This document shows, piece by piece, positions 8,240 to 16,068 of a DNA stretch of 47,313 bases (its first letter is position 1; the number at the start of each line of letters is the position of its first letter). Origin of the DNA: a virus (Duplodnaviria > Caudoviricetes). The notes under the pieces are model-generated. The model saw nothing but the letters and a program-made list of their open reading frames with translations. It made no database searches and was not told the origin of the DNA. A program made the position numbers and the translations under genes. The stretch covers positions 1 to 47,313 of the IMG/VR virus record IMGVR_UViG_3300033513_000013, one strand, 5' to 3'.

Positions 8240-8252
8240 GAGGAGATGACAC

Positions 8253-8405
8253 ATGACAACCGAAACGCTATTAACGATTATCGCTGTCATCCTTATGGGC
8301 GGTACGTTTGTATTGTTTGCCGCAATCATGGAACTTGTCAACAGCCTGAACAGGCAGAACGTAATCCTGTCTGCGCTGATACAGCGACAGGATAAAGACA
8401 AGTGA
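8253..8405 (+). CDS. Small membrane protein (50 aa; not in the ORF track)
   Basis: MTTETLLTIIAVILMGGTFVLFAAIMELV...; RBS GAGGAG. Confidence 0.6.
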   Translation: MTTETLLTIIAVILMGGTFVLFAAIMELVNSLNRQNVILSALIQRQDKDK

Positions 8406-8407
8406 GT

Positions 8408-8521
8408 AAAGGCGGGCAGCACGGTGCGAACGCGCAAGAATATACACAGAGTGTAGGCGAACAGCTATCGCCGGTTGAAAAACCATAATGCCCAAGCATG
8501 TTGGAATCATGCCCCGCCTTT
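8408..8521 (+). ncRNA. tRNA-like structured element 2
   Basis: AAAGGCGGG/CCCGCCTTT stem, D-like GCACG/CGCGC, three hairpins (TACAC/GTGTA, GGCGA/TCGCC, GGTT/AACC) and T-like arm GCATG-TTGGAAT-CATGC. Confidence 0.6.
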
Positions 8522-8536
8522 TACGAAGGAGATAAC

Positions 8537-8731
8537 ATGAAAGCTAAAGAGATAACCTTTGGAGATTTGTTTTTTATTTTTCTTGTATCCCTGGTCAACG
8601 GCGCGTTATGGGCTGGACTGATGACAATTGCAGGACTGACGCGCTGCATCGTGCCGGTCGGCCTGGCTACTACTAGCATCACCGCACAAATCTTATGGCT
8701 CAACTACAGGTGGCACAGATGGTTGCAGTAG
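8537..8731 (+). CDS. Small membrane protein
   Basis: RBS AAGGAG; two hydrophobic segments. Confidence 0.55.
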   Translation: MKAKEITFGDLFFIFLVSLVNGALWAGLMTIAGLTRCIVPVGLATTSITAQILWLNYRWHRWLQ

Positions 8732-8940
8732 CGGGCATCCTGCTGATATGCGTAACTATCGTATTGTTCACCTTATTCTTCTACTGCCTGCTAACTTCAG
8801 GCATGGACGATGATGAATAAATTCTACGACCTCACCGCCGACTACGAGCGCATCCGCCGCCGCGACACGATTGGCTGCGCCTGCTGCGTAGTTACGTGGT
8901 TGTGCATCGCATGGCTGGTGTGTTTGGTGGTGTGCTTGCT

Positions 8941-9120
8941 ATGAGCGACAAGTTGTACCGCATCGCCTGTAAGTTTATTGGCTCATCTAAGCCAGAGATC
9001 CGCGGCGCTGTGCTGATGACGAAGAAAGAAGCCATGCGCGAGTGCTGGCGGCTGAATAAACTTTACTTGCGCATCAGGTTTTACCCGGAGGAAGTGGAGG
9101 ATAAAAGTGACCTGGATTAA
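8941..9120 (+). CDS. Hypothetical protein
   Basis: Open frame overlapping the next gene; start chosen at MSDKLY. Confidence 0.45.
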   Translation: MSDKLYRIACKFIGSSKPEIRGAVLMTKKEAMRECWRLNKLYLRIRFYPEEVEDKSDLD

Positions 9121-9415
9121 GAAAGTACATAAGTGTGCTGTGCCTTACCATGATGAGGATTACGGCAAAGGCTCGATCTGGCAATGTGATGAGTGCGGCA
9201 AGTACTACCTGGCTGATGTGGTCACGTTCAGCGAGTGTACGAAGGAAGGCGTCACGCTTTCCAGCATCGAATACGAGAAGGAGCGCAAGGAACTAGAGAA
9301 AAGCGAAATGTCTCGAATGGATTTTCAGAGATACCTAGACACAACGGGCGCGCGCAAGCCATGGTTGCAACGTTTGCTTGACTGGTTTGACGAAGATACA
9401 ACAGAGAAACCATGA
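9107..9415 (+). CDS. Hypothetical Zn-binding protein
   Basis: HxC...WQCDECG; RBS GGAGG; ATGA-coupled to the initiator gene. Confidence 0.6.
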   Translation: MTWIKKVHKCAVPYHDEDYGKGSIWQCDECGKYYLADVVTFSECTKEGVTLSSIEYEKERKELEKSEMSRMDFQRYLDTTGARKPWLQRLLDWFDEDTTEKP

Positions 9416-10140
9416 GCCGCCACTGGATAAAGTTATGGACTGTCACGCTGAACGATCCCAAGGTTCAGCACATGAGCGAACACCTGCGCTGTATGTTCTA
9501 TGCTACCTTGCTGCTGGCTGGCATACAAGACGACAATGGCTGGCTGCCATCACTTGAAGATGCCGCGTTCTATGCCCGCACTACCGAAGATGATATGTTC
9601 GAGGCATGGATGGAACTGGAAAAGATAGGCATCACCAAGGAAATAGGTTGCAGATGGATGGTCGTAAACTTCAACAAGCGCCAGGACAGCCCATCGGCTG
9701 CACGTATGCGCAGATACAGAGAGCGCAACAAAGATGATACGCGTCACAGTGACGCAACAGTGACGCAAGATGTGACTGCTACAAAATCGTCACCTGCTAC
9801 CTCTTCTTCTGCTTCTGCTTCTGTTAACTTAATTAATAATAATACAGAGTCTATATATAGGTTATACGAAACGGAAATTGGCATCCTTACGCCAGTTATT
9901 TCCGACGCACTCAAGGCAGCGGAGGAGGACTATCCGCTTGAGTGGTTCTTGCCAGCCTTTCAGGAGGCGGCGCGCAACAACGCGCGCTCGTGGAATTATA
10001 TCAACGCTATCCTGAAACGCTGGAAGGTTGAGGGTTTCCAGTCGCAGAACACCAACCGCGCTCGCGCCTCGCCTTCCAAGCCAGCCGCTATCGACGTAGT
10101 AAATGATTGGATCAAGAGTAAGGAGAACGCGCATGACTGA
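9412..10140 (+). CDS. Phage replication initiator (replisome-organiser N-terminus, DnaD-like C-terminus)
   Basis: WIKL..DPK N-terminus, AARMRRYRER linker, and YETEIG.LTP...EA...NARSWNYINAILKRW DnaD domain. Confidence 0.8.
   Translation: MSRHWIKLWTVTLNDPKVQHMSEHLRCMFYATLLLAGIQDDNGWLPSLEDAAFYARTTEDDMFEAWMELEKIGITKEIGCRWMVVNFNKRQDSPSAARMRRYRERNKDDTRHSDATVTQDVTATKSSPATSSSASASVNLINNNTESIYRLYETEIGILTPVISDALKAAEEDYPLEWFLPAFQEAARNNARSWNYINAILKRWKVEGFQSQNTNRARASPSKPAAIDVVNDWIKSKENAHD
9741..9860. promoter_or_regulatory. Probable replication origin inside the initiator gene
   Basis: Tandem ACAGTGACGCA x2 (9746-9767), palindrome GCGTCAC-A-GTGACGC, CTTCTG repeats and an AT-rich tract at 9823-9860; lambda-O-like arrangement. 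Confidence 0.6.
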
Positions 10141-10558
10141 ACAACTGCTTTGTAAATCTTTGTCTATGCTTGCCACGCTGTACCCAGACGCCAAGGTTAG
10201 TGCCGACATGCTCACGTTGTACCAGGAATTGCTGGCAGATATACCGGACGCAATTCTGGAGCAGGCGGTGCATGAATACGCAAAGAATAACAAGTGGTTT
10301 CCGAAGGTAAGCGAACTGCGCGAGATCGCCCGGAGGCTGGCGAACCTGGCTGACTGCGTTGGCTTCGAGAGCGCGCCGATGATTGATGGGTTGACCGCCA
10401 AGGCGCAGGAGTTGGAGGACAAATTCTATGATGGCGAGTTTGATCCTTGGGAATGGGAGAAGCTGGCAGATGATTTCAATAAAGCCGATAGACCGTTACG
10501 CGCTGATAGGACACGGCAACGCGAGGGCATCTATGCCGCCTATCTCAACATCGAATGA
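10133..10558 (+). CDS. Helicase loader/inhibitor (SPP1 G39P-like)
   Basis: LYQELLADIPD..LEQAV......FPKVSELR, directly after the initiator. Confidence 0.65.
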   Translation: MTEQLLCKSLSMLATLYPDAKVSADMLTLYQELLADIPDAILEQAVHEYAKNNKWFPKVSELREIARRLANLADCVGFESAPMIDGLTAKAQELEDKFYDGEFDPWEWEKLADDFNKADRPLRADRTRQREGIYAAYLNIE

Positions 10559-10580
10559 CGACTATCACCGGAGGTCGAAG

Positions 10581-10814
10581 ATGACCCGCACGAAAGAAGT
10601 GACGATCTACTATCCGACGCATGGGTGTAAGGATTTCACAGTATTCATTCGCAAGGAGAGAAAGACTATACGCCCATATATCTATCACCCTACGAACGCA
10701 TCTTTGTGTAGACTGAGTCGTGTGATACAAGCTAGTCGTCCCATAATCACGATGATAGGCGATGCAATTGATGACCCGTTCGGTTGGATCTCGTTTGAAG
10801 TGGAGTGCAAATAG
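10581..10814 (+). CDS. Hypothetical protein
   Basis: RBS GGAGG; weak similarity to 19941..20150. Confidence 0.55.
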   Translation: MTRTKEVTIYYPTHGCKDFTVFIRKERKTIRPYIYHPTNASLCRLSRVIQASRPIITMIGDAIDDPFGWISFEVECK

Positions 10815-10825
10815 GAGAAAGTAAA

Positions 10826-11209
10826 ATGAGTAAAACTAAAGTTATAACTATTGTTGCGCTTGTGATTCTTTTACTCCTTGTTATTAAGGGAGCAAGAGCG
10901 ATAGACACATACGCATCAAGCGCCAACCCAACCCTATCGTTTTCAGCGGTGCTTACACACGCTGCCTTTACGCCGCCTTCCATGACCGCCACGCCCGAGC
11001 CTGAGACCTGCGTCATCAGCGCGCCAGGCTTGCACATCCCGATGTATAGCAGCCTCAACCCTGGAACGCTACCCATCGCATACATAGACGGCGACACGAT
11101 TATCTACGTTGAACTGCTGTCCAGGGATTACGGCACATGGGCGCTGATTAGAACGTACCATCAAGAACTGGTTGGCTACATACCGACGATGTTTTGCAGG
11201 ATACCGTAG
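10826..11209 (+). CDS. Membrane-anchored/secreted protein with SH3b-like C-terminus
   Basis: N-terminal hydrophobic helix, Pro/Thr linker and ...GTWALI......GYIP end. Confidence 0.5.
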   Translation: MSKTKVITIVALVILLLLVIKGARAIDTYASSANPTLSFSAVLTHAAFTPPSMTATPEPETCVISAPGLHIPMYSSLNPGTLPIAYIDGDTIIYVELLSRDYGTWALIRTYHQELVGYIPTMFCRIP

Positions 11210-11220
11210 GAGATGCAACG

Positions 11221-11412
11221 ATGGACGAAGATGACATAGACTACCGAAAATTTTATCCGGGGTTTGTAGTTATCTGTAACAAATGCAACGGCACGCATGT
11301 GCGCGTTGAGTGCAACGTAGGTTATTCGCCGGAGAGCGGTGGATGGGGTGGAGTTGGCCTCATCTGCGACGACTGCGAGAACAAAGTTAATTTATATGGC
11401 GATCCGTTTTGA
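11221..11412 (+). CDS. Small Zn-ribbon protein
   Basis: Two CxxC pairs; RBS AGGAG. Confidence 0.6.
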   Translation: MDEDDIDYRKFYPGFVVICNKCNGTHVRVECNVGYSPESGGWGGVGLICDDCENKVNLYGDPF

Positions 11413-11422
11413 GGAGATGAAG

Positions 11423-11758
11423 ATGGATGACAAACGATTGGATGAGATCGAGGCGCGGCACAAGGCGGCGACGCCTGGGCCGTGGACGGATCAAGAAACC
11501 GGATACTCAAAAACTGGATATGCCGATGGCGAACACTACCACCAAATCCGATTCCCTTTTGATCCCAATATTGACACATACCCCTCGGGATTAAAAGACT
11601 TGATGTCTGCCGAAGACGCCGCCTTCATCGCCCACGCCCGCGACGATGTGCCTGACCTGGCGGCAGAAGTGCGGCGGCTGCATAAGTGGTTTGATGACAA
11701 CGCGGCTTTACTGGCCGTTCATGGGCTTGCAAAATTTGAGGAGGAAGATGATGGATGA
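11423..11758 (+). CDS. Ead/Ea22-like protein
   Basis: LDEIEAR..AATPGPW ... DAAFIAHAR.DVP.L.AEVRRL. Confidence 0.7.
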   Translation: MDDKRLDEIEARHKAATPGPWTDQETGYSKTGYADGEHYHQIRFPFDPNIDTYPSGLKDLMSAEDAAFIAHARDDVPDLAAEVRRLHKWFDDNAALLAVHGLAKFEEEDDG

Positions 11759-12083
11759 AAAACAACTGGACGAAATTGAAGCACAATACAACGGCTCTAC
11801 ACAAGGACTTTGGAGAATAGACCTTGGCAGTCATGTTTGGGTTGGCGAGTTCATGCTGGCAAAGGTTTACTCGGCAGGGTTTGGCGATCAGGTATTCATC
11901 GCTGGCGCTCACAAGAACATTCCCGAGTTGGTTGCAGAAGTGCGGCGGCTGAAGGCTGAACTTGAATTGCGCGATAAGCGCATCAATGAGTTGGACGAAG
12001 ATTGTAAAGAGTGGCAAATAAGAGTCAATGATTACGCCAAAGCACTCAGGAATAGCGAGTTATACGAAGGAGACGAGCAATGA
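11751..12083 (+). CDS. Ead/Ea22-like protein (tandem paralog)
   Basis: LDEIEA....TQGLW ... D..FIA.A...IPELVAEVRRL. Confidence 0.65.
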   Translation: MDEKQLDEIEAQYNGSTQGLWRIDLGSHVWVGEFMLAKVYSAGFGDQVFIAGAHKNIPELVAEVRRLKAELELRDKRINELDEDCKEWQIRVNDYAKALRNSELYEGDEQ

Positions 12084-12643
12084 ACGCAACCAAGTATCAA
12101 GTACACGAATGGACTATTCACGAAGCCAGCATCATGATTATTATAATCACGATTTGTCTTTCCGCCTGCTCAGGCGGAGACGCTGGATTGATCTCAAACG
12201 TCCAGGCCATGCCACCCTTGCCGCCCTTGGGGCAATACTATGCGATCCAATGGGGAGGCACGCTCAACGGCATCATGGATGTGATCCATGCAGGGCCAGG
12301 CACGTATGAGTTTGCCCATGTGCTGTATAAATTCCACATCTTCGGCTTTGGCTTTCATGGGGGCTATGGCTTAGTCTGCCTCAAAGAATGTGACGGCTTC
12401 CTGAAATGGTCAACCGATAACAAGGCTTTCCTGATGCAGATCAAGGACTTTGGGTTGATCAAAGACTCGCTGGAAACGCACGGATGGAAAGTGGTTGGTG
12501 GGAGCGAGGCTGTGCGCCTGGGGATTGCTGCTGCATCCAGCCTGGTTTCCGTGGCGCAGATGGTGACTGACTTTTTTGTGCTGGTTGTCTATCCTGGCGT
12601 GCAGATTGACCTGCCGGGTGTGCCGGTGGAGGTGCGGGGATGA
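12080..12643 (+). CDS. Putative lipoprotein/membrane protein
   Basis: Hydrophobic stretch ending in a LSAC lipobox; hydrophobic C-terminal segment. Confidence 0.5.
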   Translation: MNATKYQVHEWTIHEASIMIIIITICLSACSGGDAGLISNVQAMPPLPPLGQYYAIQWGGTLNGIMDVIHAGPGTYEFAHVLYKFHIFGFGFHGGYGLVCLKECDGFLKWSTDNKAFLMQIKDFGLIKDSLETHGWKVVGGSEAVRLGIAAASSLVSVAQMVTDFFVLVVYPGVQIDLPGVPVEVRG

Positions 12644-12930
12644 CAAGCCCCTGGTGGACGATTGGCCCCGCTAGACCTGTTACTGTCTGGGATCACGGTA
12701 CGGGTTGGGGCTTTTTCTTTGACTCCACAGAGATCACATCGCAGCCAGAGTATCGTGGCAGAATTGAAGCCGTCTGTTCTTTCCGTTTCGTACTGACAGA
12801 TGAGCAGATAATGATTGCCCATCGCCTCGTTCAAGATGGCACAATCATACAGGGAAGTTATCAATCCTGGGCTGAGTTTATGGCCGTGCATCGAGAATTG
12901 GGATTGATTAGCGAGGAGGCGCAGGGATGA
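12640..12930 (+). CDS. Hypothetical protein
   Basis: ATGA overlaps at both ends. Confidence 0.55.
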   Translation: MTSPWWTIGPARPVTVWDHGTGWGFFFDSTEITSQPEYRGRIEAVCSFRFVLTDEQIMIAHRLVQDGTIIQGSYQSWAEFMAVHRELGLISEEAQG

Positions 12931-13049
12931 CCGACCTCACGAAAGAAATCCTGATGGGCCTAATCTTTCTCGTCTGCGTATCGCCCATTCTTATCTGGGC
13001 ATACCTGACGTGGTACAACGATATTGGCGATGATAGTTGGAAGAGGTGA
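12927..13049 (+). CDS. Small membrane protein (40 aa; not in the ORF track)
   Basis: MTDLTKEILMGLIFLVCVSPILIWAYLTWY...; ATGA overlap and RBS GAGGAGG. Confidence 0.55.
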   Translation: MTDLTKEILMGLIFLVCVSPILIWAYLTWYNDIGDDSWKR

Positions 13050-13052
13050 GAG

Positions 13053-13349
13053 ATGACAAGCAAGCGTAAGCTAAGGAAGAAGATGCGCCAATACAAATAC
13101 GCCCTGGAGATGGTAGAACATTTGCATGTTCGGGATGAGATAACATCCCCGTTTTACGACGAGTACATGGAGTGGGTTCGCAAAGTAGAATCTATTATCC
13201 ACGAAGATGGGCTCCAACACTTCCGTGACAAAAATTATATTGACTGGCTGTGTGATGAGTTGACGAAAGCCAGGAAGCCGTATACCGAATTTACGCTTGA
13301 GCATTATCAGATAATAGGAAGGCGCAAGGATGAACGAACTCGTTTATGA
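13053..13349 (+). CDS. Hypothetical protein
   Basis: RBS GAGGTG; open frame. Confidence 0.55.
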   Translation: MTSKRKLRKKMRQYKYALEMVEHLHVRDEITSPFYDEYMEWVRKVESIIHEDGLQHFRDKNYIDWLCDELTKARKPYTEFTLEHYQIIGRRKDERTRL

Positions 13350-13512
13350 AATCAAGTTGATGCTCGAACAGAAGTATTCCGGCGCAGTTGTTTCGTTTAT
13401 CGAAGTCCGTTCCAATGGAGATATTTCGATAGACACAACACTCCCGCTTGATGGCTGGATTGATGTCTTGGAAATATTGAAGGCGTGGAAAGAAAACGAG
13501 GCGCAGGGATGA
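13330..13512 (+). CDS. Hypothetical protein
   Basis: Overlaps its neighbours; ATGA-coupled to the VRR-NUC gene. Confidence 0.5.
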   Translation: MNELVYEIKLMLEQKYSGAVVSFIEVRSNGDISIDTTLPLDGWIDVLEILKAWKENEAQG

Positions 13513-13784
13513 CTGCCAGGCGCACGGACAGCAACCAGGCTGAGATTGTCGCAGCCCTGCGGCATGTGGGTGCAAGCGTACAAGACCTGCACGAAGTGGG
13601 CAAAGGCTGCCCCGACATTCTGGTTGGCTATCGTGGGCGCAACTACCTTATCGAGATCAAGGCTCCCGGCGGCAGGCTCAACAAGCGCGAGCGCGAGTGG
13701 CATGACAGGTGGGATGGGCTGGTGTTTACAGTCTGGACAATCGAAGGTGCGCTTGACATCATTCAAGCGGCGGCGTATTTGTGA
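13509..13784 (+). CDS. VRR-NUC (PD-(D/E)xK) nuclease
   Basis: RTDSNQAEIV.ALR..G.SV......G.PDILVG......IEIK....L...E..W. Confidence 0.85.
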   Translation: MTARRTDSNQAEIVAALRHVGASVQDLHEVGKGCPDILVGYRGRNYLIEIKAPGGRLNKREREWHDRWDGLVFTVWTIEGALDIIQAAAYL

Positions 13785-14134
13785 GGAGAGATGACATGCA
13801 ATGTATCATGTGCGGCTCGTTAGCAACAAGTCACAACCAAGAATACTGCGATGGCTGCCAGCATATCGTACACCAGGCAGGGCTGGTTGTCGTTGCGCTG
13901 GACAGGTGCAAGGATAACACGCCATCCATTCAATGCTGGCGCGAGTTATCCGGGCCAGCCAAGGTCGGGATAGCGTTGATGATTGGCGGCATGGTACACG
14001 AGGCGCGGCGCAGGATGGCAGATCGTTTCTCGCCTGACCCTGACGACTGCATCCGAGCGAACACGCCGATGACATTGGGCATGGCAGGTGCGCTTGAACT
14101 GCTGTTCGTGGCAGTGAAGGAAGGGTTGGTGTGA
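13781..14134 (+). CDS. Hypothetical protein with N-terminal Zn finger
   Basis: CIMC...YCDGC; coupled overlaps with neighbours. Confidence 0.55.
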   Translation: MRRDDMQCIMCGSLATSHNQEYCDGCQHIVHQAGLVVVALDRCKDNTPSIQCWRELSGPAKVGIALMIGGMVHEARRRMADRFSPDPDDCIRANTPMTLGMAGALELLFVAVKEGLV

Positions 14135-14472
14135 TGAATAAACCTACCCGCGCAGAAATTAGAGAGATGCAATTCACAGAACTGGAGCAGTTGCTTGCCA
14201 GTGAATATAAATTAACTGGCGTTTATAATACTATCGGAGATATTTTTGAATTACTGGATCAATGGATGGAAAAAGTAGAGGATGTGTATCCATGCTATCA
14301 GTTATTCAAGGCCAAAGAAAATCGTTATTGCAGTTGCCATCTAATATGGGGCAGAAAAAATTTGGGCGTTGTTACACTTGCGCGATTTAGAATATTTGCC
14401 CACGCCGAAACCATGCCACTTGCTATTTGCCGCGCCCTGCTTATGGTGGCTTATGGATACGAAGAGGGATAA
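14131..14472 (+). CDS. Phage ABA-sandwich-like protein
   Basis: C-terminal AETMPLAICRALL motif. Confidence 0.55.
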   Translation: MMNKPTRAEIREMQFTELEQLLASEYKLTGVYNTIGDIFELLDQWMEKVEDVYPCYQLFKAKENRYCSCHLIWGRKNLGVVTLARFRIFAHAETMPLAICRALLMVAYGYEEG

Positions 14473-14474
14473 GG

Positions 14475-14687
14475 ATGAACGAACAAGGAACATTTATTCA
14501 CGAAGATGAAACATTTTTAATTATTGGGGATCATCCACACCGAGGCGAGTTATGTCACATGGTTGGAAAATCTGAATCGACTGTGACAAAACTTGAGGGT
14601 ATGTATTTGGTACATCTCATAAATTGTCAACATGGTTCCGAAGAATGTTATGTGCCAAAGGAAAATTTACAGATAGTAGATGCATAG
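14475..14687 (+). CDS. Hypothetical protein
   Basis: Last gene of the rightward unit; open frame. Confidence 0.55.
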   Translation: MNEQGTFIHEDETFLIIGDHPHRGELCHMVGKSESTVTKLEGMYLVHLINCQHGSEECYVPKENLQIVDA

Positions 14688-14697
14688 TGTAACGCAA

Positions 14698-14735
14698 TCG
14701 CCCGCCGTATCAGTCAAGCATCAATCGGCGGGCGA
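14698..14735. terminator. Hairpin between convergent transcription units
   Basis: TCGCCCGCCG/CGGCGGGCGA 10-bp stem; no strong U-tract. Confidence 0.5.
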
Positions 14736-14784
14736 CGATCTCTGTGTACTCATGGCACATGAGGCTGAGTAGATTATATCACCC

Positions 14785-15009
14785 CTACTCCTCACAAACC
14801 AGGATATGATTAGGCAGTATCCACTTGACAGAGATGACCTTGACATCGCCAAGGCTGCGGGTGTTGCCTAATCCCATGCCAGGATGGATGTAACAAACCT
14901 TGCCCACCTTGCCGTGCAGCACTTCGTACTGCTTGATTGCACGGGCAACGCGCTCCTCAAGCGGCGCCTTTACAAACTCATCGTACCACAACATGCCTCT
15001 TACGCTCAT
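14785..15009 (-). CDS. Hypothetical protein (family I associate with Anaerolineae)
   Basis: GMLWYD.....LEERV.RA...Y....G.....CYIHP pattern; RBS AAGGAG. Confidence 0.65.
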   Translation of the reverse strand: MSVRGMLWYDEFVKAPLEERVARAIKQYEVLHGKVGKVCYIHPGMGLGNTRSLGDVKVISVKWILPNHILVCEE

Positions 15010-15021
15010 GGTTAAACTCCT

Positions 15022-15393
15022 TTACTGTGGAGCTTTTAGTTGCTCGTCAATGTGCTTGAAGTACATTGACAACGCTTCTTCGATTGTGGCAGGGCTTGTC
15101 ATGCGCGCCAGGCTCTCGGCAATCGCGCCTATGTGCTCGGCATCATCCAGCCTGGTCAGTACTGTGTCGATGCTGTTTAGGCTTCCAGCAATCGTACCCA
15201 GGTGGTGAGCGCTGTCATCCATGCAATTCAATGCCAGTACTATGTCGATCTTGCTCAGGCTCTCGGCAATCGACACGAGAGCGTAGCCCTGCACGATGGC
15301 GGCAAGGGCAAGGGCATCCGTGTCTCGGTTGTCCATGTAGTGACCCATTGCGCTATGCAACAAATCCTTTAGGTTATCACTTGTCATTTCCAT
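15022..15393 (-). CDS. Hypothetical protein with internal IA.SL repeats
   Basis: Start taken at MEMTSD; three IA(E/G)SL repeats. Confidence 0.55.
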   Translation of the reverse strand: MEMTSDNLKDLLHSAMGHYMDNRDTDALALAAIVQGYALVSIAESLSKIDIVLALNCMDDSAHHLGTIAGSLNSIDTVLTRLDDAEHIGAIAESLARMTSPATIEEALSMYFKHIDEQLKAPQ

Positions 15394-15649
15394 TATCTTT
15401 ACTCCATTCCGGGTGGTCAACAAACCACTCTTCATAATCGCTCTTCTCACGCCCGTGTGACTGGACGTAATAACGAAACGATGAAAACCTGGGGGCATGC
15501 TCAGGGTGTATCCATACTGTGCGCATGCCCCGCCGACGTGCGTTGCGTGCAACGATGTGCGCTTCTGCCAGGCTGGAGCAGGACACGATGAGCTTGTACG
15601 TCTTGCCCTTGCTGGTTTTCTTGATGGTGGCTGAGACAAAGTAGGTCAT
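15377..15649 (-). CDS. Hypothetical early protein
   Basis: RBS GGAGG; ATGA overlap with the upstream gene. Confidence 0.55.
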   Translation of the reverse strand: MTYFVSATIKKTSKGKTYKLIVSCSSLAEAHIVARNARRRGMRTVWIHPEHAPRFSSFRYYVQSHGREKSDYEEWFVDHPEWSKDNGNDK

Positions 15650-16062
15650 GCGTCCTCCAGGTCTACCCAATGGCCCCACCCGCCGCTAGGATTGACAAAC
15701 TTCACGTTCAACTCACGCTCGATCACAGGTACAATCATATCCGTGATGTCCTCATAGTCGCCGTCCTCACTACAGCGTTTGTAGATTGACTCTGCCTCAA
15801 ACTCGTCTGGCAGGTCGTCATGTTCTGCGTAGTCGCCAACCAAAGCGATGCGATCCCCGGCCCACCTGCCAACAACGCCGGGGTCTGCTTGTAGATCGCC
15901 GTTGCCACGCGATGCAGGCATGGCAGCGCATAAGATAAGCAATGCTGTGCCTGTGCCGGGGTGACTGCTTATCTGCTCACCTAACTTGAGGCCGCACCCA
16001 ACACGATGTGGATGCACGTATTCCTTTTTGTCCAGGTTAACTAACTTCCAGTACTGTCCCAT
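15646..16062 (-). CDS. Conserved phage protein (MGQY..VNLDKKE / GRWAGDRI family)
   Basis: Recognisable motifs of a recurrent phage family of unknown function. Confidence 0.75.
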   Translation of the reverse strand: MGQYWKLVNLDKKEYVHPHRVGCGLKLGEQISSHPGTGTALLILCAAMPASRGNGDLQADPGVVGRWAGDRIALVGDYAEHDDLPDEFEAESIYKRCSEDGDYEDITDMIVPVIERELNVKFVNPSGGWGHWVDLEDA

Positions 16063-16068
16063 TGTCTT

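Noticed and set aside
15394-15639. N-terminal extension of ORF 15022..15639
   Set aside because: It overlaps the better supported gene 15377..15649 in another frame; the later start is preferred.
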